A stretch of DNA of 62,910 nucleotides, the filler included, from a bacterium (lineage in GTDB: Bacteria > JBBIVP01), in assembly GCA_037439705.1 (NCBI GenBank). It is 3 parts of 3 records of this genome, joined end to end, with 100 filler letters (N's around TTAATTAATTAA, not from the genome) between each part and the next. Parts side by side here need not be neighbours in the genome. Positions count along the whole stretch, not along the records: positions 1 to 21,444 come from JBBIVP010000013.1; positions 21,545 to 42,214 come from JBBIVP010000014.1; 1 more part is not named here. The stretch is one strand, 5' to 3'. This document shows, in pieces, positions 18,485 through 28,857 of this stretch; positions within the stretch are counted from its first letter, which is position 1, and each line of letters begins with the position of its first letter. The notes under the pieces are model-generated. The model did not search any database, had not been told where the DNA came from, and saw only the letters and a list, made by a program, of their open reading frames with translations. A program made the position numbers and the translations under genes.

Positions 18485-20379
18485 AAATGCTTTGTCTTGC
18501 AAAAGTAAAATTTGATCTGAGAGATCCTGATGAACTTTATTTTTCGCAAAGGGAAATTGATAAATTGTTGGGTATAAAAACAAAGTCTGTAAGGACCATC
18601 GCTTCCCTCACCAAAGAGAGGCGATTTAACTTACTTGATGATGAAGTTATTCATTTGATTAATCGGTTAGTGTATCTGGGCGAGGGACAAGGGTTTTTAG
18701 CAGAAATGCCTGTGAGGGAAATGATAAACACAATAAAGAGGGCAACCTTCTTCAGGGAAATTTATGTGATTTTCGAAAGCAGTAATAATGAGGTGCTAAG
18801 TTGGCTAACTAAAATTGGAGTGCCGATCAGCTCAGAACAATTAGAGAACAGGGTAATAGAACCAAATCCTTACACTCAGATTTTTTTTAAAAGATTTAGG
18901 AAAAGAAAACAAATTAGTAGCGATTAGATTCCTGCCATTTCAAACGCTATTTGAATATGTAACCGAAGTAAAGAAACTTCCCGCGGTTGTTTTCCGTCCA
19001 AAAAACATCAAAAATTGGGAAGAATATTTTAAAGAAAAAGAGACCGGGATTGAGAAAGGGATAAACGAACTTCTTAAACATCTAAAGATGGGGTATTATC
19101 GCTCTCCTCACTTTGGATTGGGAAAAGAACATATTGGAGATTTTATAGATTGGGCCTCCACTGACCTGAGGAAACCTTTTCTTCATTACCTCCATAAATA
19201 TAAAGGAAAAGGTGATCCGAGAATATCTCGCGCCCTAATAAATCTGCTTGATGTTAAGGAAGGGGATATTATCCTTGATCCCTTTGTTGGTTCTGGTGCG
19301 TTTGTTGCTGACGCCCCGACTATGGGAATAAATGCTATTGGAATAGAGATATTAAATATAGGTAAGATGATAGCGGAGGTAAAATGTAATCTGGGAATAA
19401 ATATTGGAAAACTTCGCCAAGCTATAATTAAGCTATTTGAATACATTGATAATAACCGTCATCTCTCTCAACAGAACGGAAAAAACGAATTGACTCAGTT
19501 AAAGGAGAGGATAAGAAAACATACTGCTAATAGCGGTGCGTATAAAAGGATTGAACCTCATTTAGAGAAGATATTTTTGCTAAAGAAATTTATAATAGAG
19601 GAAATAGAAGATGATGAGATAAGAAAGTTTCTTTTAATTCTTTTGAGTCAACAGATCGTTGAATACTCAGAGAAAAATAGGGCTTGGGATTTCGTAAATT
19701 CTTTCAAATCGTATATAGAGGATAGGTATTTGGTTTTATACTCAACCCAGAAATTGGCCGAGATACTTGGTGTGAATTTGGATAGTGGCAAGGTGAAAAT
19801 AATTAGAGGGGATTCCACAAATATGTCAATGTTGAAGGACAATTCTATTGATGGCATACTTACTTCCCCACCCTATTTTGACGCCTTGAATTACATTGGG
19901 AACAACAAAATATCAATTCTAGTCCTCGGTCTAGAGGAAGACCTTATGTGGGGCTCCACAAAAGACTTCTACGAGGCAAAACATAGAAATGAACCCAAAT
20001 ATGATACTTTGCCTCTATTTGTCAGTGATAAATATTTTTCAATAGAACTTCCTTCTTCAAGTTTATATCTTATAGAATTACTTCAAAAATCCCAAAGAAC
20101 ATATAAAGCAGAAGTAGTTGAAAATTATCTCAAGATGATGAAACTTTCATTTGAAGAATGTTACCGAGTATTAAAAGTTAGCAAATATTATCTTATGGTG
20201 ATTAGTAAGTATCATTCTTGGACAATAAATGGTAAAAAAAAGTTATTGAAACCTCGCCTATATTAGCAGACTTGGGAAAATCAGTTGGATTTAGAATAGT
20301 TGATGTTATAGAGCACGGTTTATCAAAAGCAGATGAAGGTAAAATTGTGGTGGAAGATATATTAGTTTTTCAAAAATGA
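18481..20379 (+). pseudogene. Site-specific DNA amino-methyltransferase (TSPPY, likely m4C) with two frameshifts
   Basis: DPFVGSG motif I and TSPPY motif IV; frames join at T8 (18881-18888) and A8 (20234-20241); the last frame reads VIETSPILADLGKSVGF...EDILVFQK*. Confidence 0.85.
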
Positions 20380-20705
20380 AACGCAAAATTGAATGTAACC
20401 CAAGAAAAATTGGGACAAGAACAAGTGCGTTTGGCTCTCCGGGAAGGATTAATTATGATTCTACTCCTCCTTCATCATTCACTTCTTTACCATCTTTTTA
20501 AATCACTAAAAACCTTTAATTCCCATTCCTATTAACGTACTCTCAATCACCAAAAATACAACCTCCTCATTCAATTTTACCCCCTTCAACTTAAACTTCC
20601 AACCTTCTTCCCCATAGTGATCATGTATATGTGTGTCTACAAAAAATTTGTTGAGTTTCAAGTATGGGATTATTATAATAACATCAAAAAATAAGGAGGT
20701 GTAGC

Positions 20706-21269
20706 AGGGGGAATGCAGATGATGTAATTAAAAAGGTAAAGGAAGCAGCTAAAAGTGTCTGGAATGATCTCAAGGGGAGTTGGCCGGAATCAATTTATCA
20801 GAAAGCAATGGAAGTAGCGTTAAGGGAGTGCGGTATAATTTTTGAAACGCAGAGAATTATACCTGTGTTTTACAGAGAGAATAACAGGGAATATTGTGTT
20901 GGTGAAGCAATTCCTGACCTGATTGTCTGGGTTGAATCAGAGACGAAAAGAACAGCGATAGTAGTTGACCTGAAGGCTGACCAAAATATAAAAGAAGAAC
21001 ATGCAAGGCAGGTTCAGAAATATATTGAATCACTGGAAAAACGCTTGAAGAGAAATGAAGAGGTTCATACTAAAGGACTTATAATTAATTTTGCTAAAGG
21101 AAGCGGTAGGCAAATACCGAAAAAACTTTTTGAAGAAAAGGAGGGACCTGAAATCTTCTCCGTTGAAAAATCCCAAAATATTTCAGAAATGCTCAAAAAA
21201 AGTGAGGAAAAAGGGAGGAGCAATAAAAAACCAGTGAAAAAAACAGGGAGCGAGGAAGATAGGAGGTGA
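20706..21269 (+). CDS. GxxExxY family PD-(D/E)xK nuclease-like protein; native start codon apparently lost
   Basis: The frame upstream of ATG 20808 reads NADDVIKKVKEAAKSVWNDLKGSWPESIYQKA; then ETQ, PDLIV, DLKA, QVQKY, GLIINF. Confidence 0.75.
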   Translation, partial: RGNADDVIKKVKEAAKSVWNDLKGSWPESIYQKAMEVALRECGIIFETQRIIPVFYRENNREYCVGEAIPDLIVWVESETKRTAIVVDLKADQNIKEEHARQVQKYIESLEKRLKRNEEVHTKGLIINFAKGSGRQIPKKLFEEKEGPEIFSVEKSQNISEMLKKSEEKGRSNKKPVKKTGSEEDRR

Positions 21270-21444
21270 TATTAAAGAAGGAGGATAAAGACGGGATTGA
21301 TTGTAGAATCTGATTTTAGGGATAGAGGGATAACAGGGGTATATTGTAGAGCAAAATTGAATTCCATCCTTAAGGAGAAGGTTCAAAAATAGATAACAAC
21401 TTTACAGAAAGTCCTGCCAACAGATTTAACATGATTTGAGATTT

Positions 21445-21543
21445 NNNNNNNNNNNNNNNNNNNNNNNNNNNNNNNNNNNNNNNNNNNNTTAATTAATTAA
21501 NNNNNNNNNNNNNNNNNNNNNNNNNNNNNNNNNNNNNNNNNNN
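21445..21543. other. Artificial contig linker (N run, TTAATTAATTAA, N run)
   Basis: All-frame stop linker at 21489-21500 embedded in Ns; same design as 42215-42314. Confidence 0.97.
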
Positions 21544-21562
21544 NAGATTATAAAATTTAGTT

Positions 21563-22276
21563 ATGAAGCCAGTTGAGGAAATAAAAGAGGAGATAAAGAG
21601 GAGATTTGGAAAGAAGCAGGCTGAAATTCTTGTGAAAATCGTGGATATAGTGGATGAGACTGTCAAAGCGAAGGATTTTAACGAATTAAAGGCTATAGTT
21701 GCAGAAATAGCAAAAACCCAGAAGGAACTCGCTGAGGCACAAAAAAGAACTGAACAAAGAGTTGAAGAACTCGCTCAAGCTCAAAAAGGGCTCGCTGAGG
21801 CTCAAAAAAGAACCGAAGACGAAATAAGGGAACTTACCAAAGCAATCCACTTAACAAGAAGAGAACTCGGCGGATTGTCAAGGTCCATAAGTTATGCCTT
21901 TGAAAATGAGGCATACAGGATGCTTCCTAAGGTTTTGAAAGAAAAGTTCGGGATAGAAGTAGTGGAGAGGTTCGTAAGAAAGGAAATAGGAGGTAAAGAG
22001 GTGAATGTGTTTGGAAAAGGAAAAAAGAATGGAAAAGATGTGATAATTGTAGGTGAGGTAAAGATGAGGCTTGAGGAGAAGGGAATTGATGAAGAGAAGA
22101 GGAAAGAATGGGTCAAGGAAGTTTTTGATGAGCTTGAGGACAAAGTAAGAGCAGTTGAGGAGGAATTTAAGGGGGTTGAGATTGTGAAAATTTTTGTTAC
22201 CCATTTCGCTGCGGACGAATTTATGAAAAATGCTATGGAAAAGGGAGTAATTGTGGTTCAGAGTTTTGAATGGTAG
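21563..22276 (+). CDS. Heptad-repeat coiled-coil protein with a C-terminal PD-(D/E)xK-like domain (DUF3782/'chordopoxvirus fusion protein'-like)
   Basis: Repeated LAEAQKRTE heptads; ELGGLS, EVNVFG, VGEVK, and terminal QSFEW. Confidence 0.75.
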   Translation: MKPVEEIKEEIKRRFGKKQAEILVKIVDIVDETVKAKDFNELKAIVAEIAKTQKELAEAQKRTEQRVEELAQAQKGLAEAQKRTEDEIRELTKAIHLTRRELGGLSRSISYAFENEAYRMLPKVLKEKFGIEVVERFVRKEIGGKEVNVFGKGKKNGKDVIIVGEVKMRLEEKGIDEEKRKEWVKEVFDELEDKVRAVEEEFKGVEIVKIFVTHFAADEFMKNAMEKGVIVVQSFEW

Positions 22277-22439
22277 TAGCAGATAAGTTTCCAGAAAGTC
22301 TTAAAAATTTTTCCTTTAAAGATTTTATGTCATTCCACCTTTATGAGCAAAATTATGGAATTAACATCGGATGGAAAATTCTTTATGTAATCACTATTCC
22401 ATTAATACCTTTCCTTCGTAGAGTCATATTAAAAAAGTG

Positions 22440-22850
22440 TCAAAAGAGATTAAACTTCCTCAATACCTCCCTCACCTCCTCATTCCTCCCGGCAAGTTCC
22501 CTCATTGCCTCAAGGAGCGAATAGAATTTTGTCCTCTTGCCTGCAATCTCTTCCTCCATCTTCTTCACATTTGTCTCAAAAGGTCTTATCATCGTGCACC
22601 TATCCCAGATGGCAAAGGCTATCGTGACCGCCACAATACTTGCAAAGGCGAGAACTTAAGCTGAGCTTCTGTTAAACTGTGCATCAATGGATTCAAATCG
22701 TTTCTCAATGGAATCAAAACGCCTGTAAGTAGCCTTAAATCCCTCCTCCATCCTAGTTTCAACCCTTATGAGTCTCTCTCTGTCTTCCTCTGTGAAAGGT
22801 ATTTCTTTAACATGGGAGAATGAGAAAAAACGAACAAAAGAAAAATAATA
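22440..22850 (-). pseudogene. Disrupted membrane-anchored coiled-coil protein
   Basis: Frame KEIPFTEEDRERLIRVETRMEEGFK...FESIDAQF, in-frame TAA at 22658-22656, then VLAFASIVAVTIAFAIWDR...VLRKFNLF*; the 5' end is degenerate. Confidence 0.65.
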
Positions 22851-23006
22851 AAATGCACTATTTTAATTTTTCCAAAATTATAGAATGAGTATACAACTCC
22901 AAGAATTCATTTTCAAGAGAAAAATTTTAATTTGGCATTTCTTTATTAAAAAACGAAGTTCCATTATTAAATTGGAATTTGAATTGAAGAGGGTTAAAAT
23001 TATTAA

Positions 23007-23816
23007 ATGAACAGATTTCTGTCAGAACTCCAGTGGGAGTTGAGGGATTTAATTAAAATAAAATTCCTCGGGAAAACCATAACTACGGATGAAGTAAGCG
23101 TTCTGACAGGCCTTGTTTTGACGATGGTTTTCAGCTTTTTGATGTGGAAAAGGTGGAGAAAGGAAATAGAAATACTCATTGACTTTTACATATCATTGCT
23201 CTCAGGATTGCTTCTATTTGGAATAGGTTATTCATTATTTTTTCTATATATGGCAGAAAACAAAAAAGAGATTCCTGAATTCCTCCAGGGCGCAATGAGC
23301 ATAATCTGGACATTCTCTCTGACATTATCCTTTTCCTTTGTCCTCTTCAGACATCCAAAAAAATTCCTTGATTTTCTTGACCATATTTTTCCATTTCTCG
23401 CTTTTCTCTTGGGATGGTCAAAGGGTTTACACTGTTTCGTTTACGGGTGTTGCTACGGAAAACCTACCGAACTTCCATGGGGCGTTGTTTTTCATCCTGA
23501 AAGTCCTGCTGGAAAGGCATTTCCAGGGATACCCCTTCACCCTGTTCAGTTATACAACACAATTGGTGCGTGGATAATAATCCCGCCAGCGCTCTGGCTT
23601 CTCAAAAGAAAAAAATTTGACGGAGAGATCCTTTTCTGGATGCTCTTCTATTTCGGACTGACAAAGACTTTTGAGTATCCCTACTTCAGGGGTGATTTGA
23701 AATCTCCTTTGAGAACATGGTTCGCCTCCTTTCCCCTTCTTCTAATTTTTACCATTCTTTTGATAATCTCCTATTACAGATATCTATCAAAAAATGAAAA
23801 GAAGGATTTCAATTAA
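23007..23816 (+). CDS. Divergent prolipoprotein diacylglyceryl transferase (Lgt) family membrane protein
   Basis: Multi-TM; GCCYGKPTELPWGVVF, PLHPVQLY, KKFDGEI, FRGD. Confidence 0.75.
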   Translation: MNRFLSELQWELRDLIKIKFLGKTITTDEVSVLTGLVLTMVFSFLMWKRWRKEIEILIDFYISLLSGLLLFGIGYSLFFLYMAENKKEIPEFLQGAMSIIWTFSLTLSFSFVLFRHPKKFLDFLDHIFPFLAFLLGWSKGLHCFVYGCCYGKPTELPWGVVFHPESPAGKAFPGIPLHPVQLYNTIGAWIIIPPALWLLKRKKFDGEILFWMLFYFGLTKTFEYPYFRGDLKSPLRTWFASFPLLLIFTILLIISYYRYLSKNEKKDFN

Positions 23817-26800
23817 AACCCTTTTCCATTTCTTTCAGAAGTTTCTCCCGGTTTTTCCTGTATGCATCATTGGAAGGAGAAATCTCTATTGCCTTTTCTA
23901 TTGCTTCATAAGCCTTCTTTAAATCTCCTTTAATATAATAAACGAGTGAAAGCCCGTAATAGGCTCTATCCCTCTTTGGGTCAAGAATTACTGCAGAAAG
24001 GAAAGCTTTGAACGCTAAATCAATATCTCCCTCAAAAAGAAGGGCAAAGCCCTCCTTTTCCATCATCTCTGCCCATTTTTTTGCATACCTTTTGAGTTCC
24101 ATCTCCATCTTTTTTACTTTATCCTCATAGCCAAGTTCTTTATAAAGGGAAGTGAGTGCTATGAATACTTCAAAGGAAAATGGATAATACCTCCTTGCAT
24201 TTTCATAAGCCTTAACTGCTTCTTCCTTTTTTCCAATTTTTTTTAAAAGCTCACCCATATATCTATAAGAATGAAGCATTGGCATCTTAAAGGAAAGAGC
24301 CCTTTTAAGATAATCAATCCCTTCCTCAACCCTGTTTATCTGTGATAGCAAAATTCCCCTGTAAAAATACCACCTTGAATTCTTGAATCCTTTAAATAAA
24401 CTCCACCAGAAGATTGTAAGGGAAATAATTGTAATGGTTAGAAAGGAAAGAGGAAAAAGGAACTTTTTTTGAATTTTGAAATCAATATCTTCTTCCTTTT
24501 CCTCAACGGAAATCATACTTGAAGACTTTATAAAAAATAATGGAATGAGAAGAAGAAAAGAAATAAAGGTTATAATTTTACCAATTTTATAGAGAGAAGG
24601 GGAAAATACAAAAAGGACCTCATGGAGCCCTTTTTTGAGGAATACAGCCCTCAAAAATGAATAACCTTTATAAATCTCCACCTCCTCTCCGTCCACATAA
24701 GCCTTCCATCCAGGATAATAGGTATCAGTTAAAACAAGAAAACCATCGGTTTCCATCTTTGCCTCAATTAAAACCTTATGGGGTTCATAGGATAAAATTC
24801 GGGCACTTCCATTCATTCCCTGCGAGGGAAATTCTTTGGGGATTTCCGTTAAGAGAAGAAACTCCTGGGGATTAAATTCCTCTTGATGGAGAAATTTTAT
24901 GCATTCATCTTCGTTCAGTATGGCATACCTTTGAGGAACATAAACCCTGGGGAGAGGATTTTCAACTTCATATACCATCAATCCATCTATGTTTTTTGAA
25001 AATTTTAATCCCTCTGTATTTAATGGATTGTTGAGTGGCTGAAGTTCTCCATTGGGAATCTGATATTTAACACCAAGAAGCCTTCTGATAGAAGGAACGT
25101 CGTCCATTTCAACCTGCCATCTCATCTCCTTTCTCGTGGCTCTCGGATATATTGCCCTGAAGTACCAGTCAGGATAAACGCTGTCATATCCATCAGGGGA
25201 TGGAATTTTTAAAAGAACGGATAAATTTGGTCTTATTCCAGAAATTCTATCAGGGCTTTTAACCCCTAAATCATTTTTTATCTTATCAAGAACCTTCAAG
25301 GGAGTGGGAGGGTCGCAGTTGTTTGAAATCATTCCAAGCGGAATGAGGTCAAGAAGTGTTAATATGAAGCTGAAGATGACAAAATAACCTTTTCCCATTC
25401 CCCTGATTCTTCCAGAAAAAAGAAGGCAGGATGAAACGAGAAAAAGAAAGGGAAGATTGAGCGCTGTGTTCAGGGGAGAAAACCAGGAAAGAGGAATTAT
25501 ATCCCTTAAGGTTATAAACATAGAAAGGACAAGAGCTAAATAAGAGACTGGAAATAAAATGAGGATTAAAATTTTTGCCCTTTTTTTCTCATCGTTCAGA
25601 AGTTCATTAAATCCTTCAACAGAAAGGAGCATTCCGAAAAATGAGGAAATAAAAAGAATTCTGTCGTGAAACAATCTGTTTAAAAAGGGAATTTTCACAA
25701 GGATATATCCGAGGGGTGTTCTTATTGCTATGAGCCAGGTGAACAAAAATAAAAGAGCGTAAAACTTAACTTCCCTTTTTTTCCATGAAAGGACAGTCCC
25801 TGCTATGAGAAAAAGGAGAGGAAGAATGCCGAGGTATCCATTTATGAGATAATAGGTTGTAATGTTGGATGAACGAAGGTTTATCTGGTCAAATGGCGTC
25901 CCGATGAGTCTTGGATGAAGAAGTGAGGTAATAAAAATTGAATATGAAGTTATGAAATCCCATCTGTATTCATCGTATGTAATCACAAACCTCTGCTCTG
26001 ATGAATACCTCAAAAACTCAATTGTTGGGATTATTTCTATGGATATCAGAAAAAATCCGAAAAGGAAAGCACCTGAAAAGATATAGGTGAGCATCTTCGC
26101 TTTTTTGAAATCCTTTTCCCTCAGAAATTGATAAAGATAAAAAAGATAAAAAGAAAACCATATAATGAATATGTAAAGAGACCACTGCAAATTTCCGCAG
26201 GTTAGGGAAAGAGCAAAAGCCACCGAGGTTAAAAAGAACCAGTAAAATTTTCCCGTTTTCAAAAGTTTTGTGAAGAAATATAGGAGCATAACTAAGTATG
26301 CGGGTGCCATCGCTCCCCAGAGCCATTCAATCAAAGCGGTGTTATGGGTAGCAAATTCCCATACAGTTCCCCCGAACAGGGATGGAAAGAATGAAAAGCC
26401 TAATTCCCTCAAAAACAGAAAGGTAAAAATTCCCGTTAAGAGCATGTGAAAGAAAATTGTTAAATCCCTCGCAAAAACCGGAGAAAAGAAAAGATTAAAA
26501 AGGATTCTAAATGGATTGTAAAATGAACTGTGCCCGTTTGCATATATGGGATAACCCGAAAAAATGTATGGATTCCATTTCAAAACCTCACCCTTCTTGA
26601 GCATCTCATTGTAGAGAGAATCGTTTGCATAGAATATGACGAGTCCATCCATCTGTGCGAGTATTCCGTATTCTTTTTGAGGAGGGTTTTCATCCCATAC
26701 ATTCAGAAGGCTGAATGGTGCATAGGACTTACCATGGATTATATTTCTTGAGAAGAAAATAAGGGTTAGAAATAGAAAATAAAAAAATGCCTTTACAAAC

Positions 26801-26820
26801 TCCATTCCCCCTTCTTTCAT
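23809..26820 (-). CDS. YfhO-family GT-C membrane glycosyltransferase-like protein with C-terminal TPRs (alternative start 26805)
   Basis: WNPYIFSGYP, many TMs, DGYDS, NPLPRVY, LVLTDTYYPGWKAYVDG, then TPR repeats. Confidence 0.85.
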   Translation of the reverse strand: MKEGGMEFVKAFFYFLFLTLIFFSRNIIHGKSYAPFSLLNVWDENPPQKEYGILAQMDGLVIFYANDSLYNEMLKKGEVLKWNPYIFSGYPIYANGHSSFYNPFRILFNLFFSPVFARDLTIFFHMLLTGIFTFLFLRELGFSFFPSLFGGTVWEFATHNTALIEWLWGAMAPAYLVMLLYFFTKLLKTGKFYWFFLTSVAFALSLTCGNLQWSLYIFIIWFSFYLFYLYQFLREKDFKKAKMLTYIFSGAFLFGFFLISIEIIPTIEFLRYSSEQRFVITYDEYRWDFITSYSIFITSLLHPRLIGTPFDQINLRSSNITTYYLINGYLGILPLLFLIAGTVLSWKKREVKFYALLFLFTWLIAIRTPLGYILVKIPFLNRLFHDRILFISSFFGMLLSVEGFNELLNDEKKRAKILILILFPVSYLALVLSMFITLRDIIPLSWFSPLNTALNLPFLFLVSSCLLFSGRIRGMGKGYFVIFSFILTLLDLIPLGMISNNCDPPTPLKVLDKIKNDLGVKSPDRISGIRPNLSVLLKIPSPDGYDSVYPDWYFRAIYPRATRKEMRWQVEMDDVPSIRRLLGVKYQIPNGELQPLNNPLNTEGLKFSKNIDGLMVYEVENPLPRVYVPQRYAILNEDECIKFLHQEEFNPQEFLLLTEIPKEFPSQGMNGSARILSYEPHKVLIEAKMETDGFLVLTDTYYPGWKAYVDGEEVEIYKGYSFLRAVFLKKGLHEVLFVFSPSLYKIGKIITFISFLLLIPLFFIKSSSMISVEEKEEDIDFKIQKKFLFPLSFLTITIISLTIFWWSLFKGFKNSRWYFYRGILLSQINRVEEGIDYLKRALSFKMPMLHSYRYMGELLKKIGKKEEAVKAYENARRYYPFSFEVFIALTSLYKELGYEDKVKKMEMELKRYAKKWAEMMEKEGFALLFEGDIDLAFKAFLSAVILDPKRDRAYYGLSLVYYIKGDLKKAYEAIEKAIEISPSNDAYRKNREKLLKEMEKGFN

Positions 26821-28082
26821 ATCTTTTTCAACGGACAGAATTCACCGCACATTGTACAGGTATCTGAAGAGGGAGGTCTCTCCTTTCTCATCTTTCTTGG
26901 TTTTTCAGGGTCTATGGCGAGGGAAAACTGCTTTTCCCAGTCAAGTCTTTTTCTGAAAAATGAAAGTTCTTTGTCCCACTCCTTTGCCCCCTTTATTCCC
27001 TTCGCTATGTCTCCTGCATGCGCTGCTATCCTCGCGGCAATCAATCCTTCTTTCAGGTCTTCAAGTGTTGGAAGCCTCAAGTGTTCCGCAGGGGTTACAT
27101 AACACAAAAAATCAACCCCGTGCATTGCTGCAATGGCTCCTCCAATTGCTGATGTAATGTGGTCATATCCAGGTGCGATATCCGTTACAATCGGTCCAAG
27201 AACATAGAATGGGGCTTCTCTGCATTTTTCCTTTTCCATTCTAACATTCATCTCTATTTCATGTAATGGAATGTGTCCTGGACCTTCTATAATTACCTGA
27301 ATCCCCTTTTCTAAAGCCCTGGGGACGAGTTCTCCAAGAATTTCAAGTTCTGAAAACTGGGCTGAATCGGAAGCATCTTCTATGGCACCTGGTCTCAATC
27401 CGTCTCCGAGGGAAAGCGTTATATCATATTCCTTTGCTATATTTAATAGTTCATCAAAATTTTCGTAAAATGGATTCTCCTTATTGTTGTAAGCCATCCA
27501 TTCAATCATCATGCTCCCTCCCCTGCTCACCACACCGACAAGCCTTTTTGATTCTTTAAGCTTTTCAAGGGTTTTCCTCGTCACTCCGCAGTGAATTGTC
27601 ATGAAGTCAACACCCTTTTCTGCATGGGAGATTACCACATCAAAGAACTCACTCGCTCTTAGGTCAATGAGGGATTTTCTTTTATTCTTCGCTCTAACAG
27701 CAGCAGTATAAACTGGAACCGTCCCAACAGGAATTGAAGACCTTCCAATAACTAATTCAAGCATATAGTCAACATCTCCTCCAACGCTCAAATCCATAAT
27801 TGTGTCTGCACCGAATTTTTCTGCAATCTCCAGTTTTTTTAACTCGTATTCATAATCTACAAACTCTGGAGATGTTCCTATGTTAACATTTACCTTTGTC
27901 CTCAATTTCTTACCTATTCCTATTGGCTTTATTCTTTTTTTTCTTTTTGAGTTCAAAGGAATAACTCCCTTTCCATCCTTTAAGAAATTTAAAAGTTCTT
28001 CAAGTTCAATTCCCTCTTCCTCTGCTACAATAAGTGCTTCTTCAGGAATTTCTCCCCTTCTTATCCTTTCAATTCTTGTCAT
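26817..28082 (-). CDS. thiC: Phosphomethylpyrimidine synthase
   Basis: TKVNVNIGTS, DTIMDLS, SRGGS, LGDGLRPG, EGPGH, CYVTPAEHL, CTMCGEFC. Confidence 0.97.
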   Translation of the reverse strand: MTRIERIRRGEIPEEALIVAEEEGIELEELLNFLKDGKGVIPLNSKRKKRIKPIGIGKKLRTKVNVNIGTSPEFVDYEYELKKLEIAEKFGADTIMDLSVGGDVDYMLELVIGRSSIPVGTVPVYTAAVRAKNKRKSLIDLRASEFFDVVISHAEKGVDFMTIHCGVTRKTLEKLKESKRLVGVVSRGGSMMIEWMAYNNKENPFYENFDELLNIAKEYDITLSLGDGLRPGAIEDASDSAQFSELEILGELVPRALEKGIQVIIEGPGHIPLHEIEMNVRMEKEKCREAPFYVLGPIVTDIAPGYDHITSAIGGAIAAMHGVDFLCYVTPAEHLRLPTLEDLKEGLIAARIAAHAGDIAKGIKGAKEWDKELSFFRKRLDWEKQFSLAIDPEKPRKMRKERPPSSDTCTMCGEFCPLKKI

Positions 28083-28857
28083 TTTTTAACCTATAAAACA
28101 TCTCTTTGTGTTTCTCACAGAGCCCAAGTTCTCCCCTCTTTTTTACAAGGGAATTTATCACCTCCTCCTGCCAGTGAGGATTGAAGAGCCTGCAATCCTT
28201 ATCTGAACAGAATCCCTCTCCAAACCCTGAATAGAAAAAAGCCTGAAGGAGCAAGGATTTTAAAACCTCAAAAATTCTCGGATCATTTTCTCTCAAGAAC
28301 CTGTCCCCGAGAACTTCCTCTATTTCTCTAATGGCAACCTCATCCATTTTTTCTCCCAGAAGCCTCCTTGCAAAATAAAATTCCTTGGGACGGGCAGGGG
28401 CATGGATAAGTCCATTCGTTGAAACTATGTTCCATCCGCCACCGAGTATACAGGTTCTAAGATGATACCTCATATCTGTATCAAATGTAGCGAGGAGTCT
28501 ATCCGTGATGAGCACCCTTATTTCCTCTCCCCTCTTAAAGGGGAAAAAATTTAAAAGAACCTGAGAAAGCATAAATCCATCGTAAATTACTCCGTAGCCG
28601 GCTTCACCGTTTATCTTTTTTTCCTCATATGCTATCTCCATCGGGAGTGGAACCGCTTCTTTTTCCTTATATATCTCCTTTACCCTCGTCTTTGCTATTT
28701 CTAAAGCCAGGTTTCTTTTCTCATTCTCTTTCAAGTCCTTAAAAATAAAACCCATGAATTTACACCTTATTCCAAAATCCTCTTCTATTTCCACCGCAAT
28801 CCTCTCTCCCTCCACCGGATAAATCTTCCCTTCTTCATATATTATTAACTCTTTCAA
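28069..28857 (-). CDS. DUF6775-like putative zinc-binding/metallopeptidase-fold protein (TTG start overlapping the thi4 stop)
   Basis: [45 protein letters not shown]...LCEKH. Confidence 0.7.
   Translation of the reverse strand: MKELIIYEEGKIYPVEGERIAVEIEEDFGIRCKFMGFIFKDLKENEKRNLALEIAKTRVKEIYKEKEAVPLPMEIAYEEKKINGEAGYGVIYDGFMLSQVLLNFFPFKRGEEIRVLITDRLLATFDTDMRYHLRTCILGGGWNIVSTNGLIHAPARPKEFYFARRLLGEKMDEVAIREIEEVLGDRFLRENDPRIFEVLKSLLLQAFFYSGFGEGFCSDKDCRLFNPHWQEEVINSLVKKRGELGLCEKHKEMFYRLKNDKN

Noticed and set aside
21489-21500. TTAATTAATTAA palindrome (also at 42259-42270) as a biological repeat
   Set aside because: It is centred in identical N runs and is a standard all-frame-stop contig linker. 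Gene adjacency across it is meaningless.
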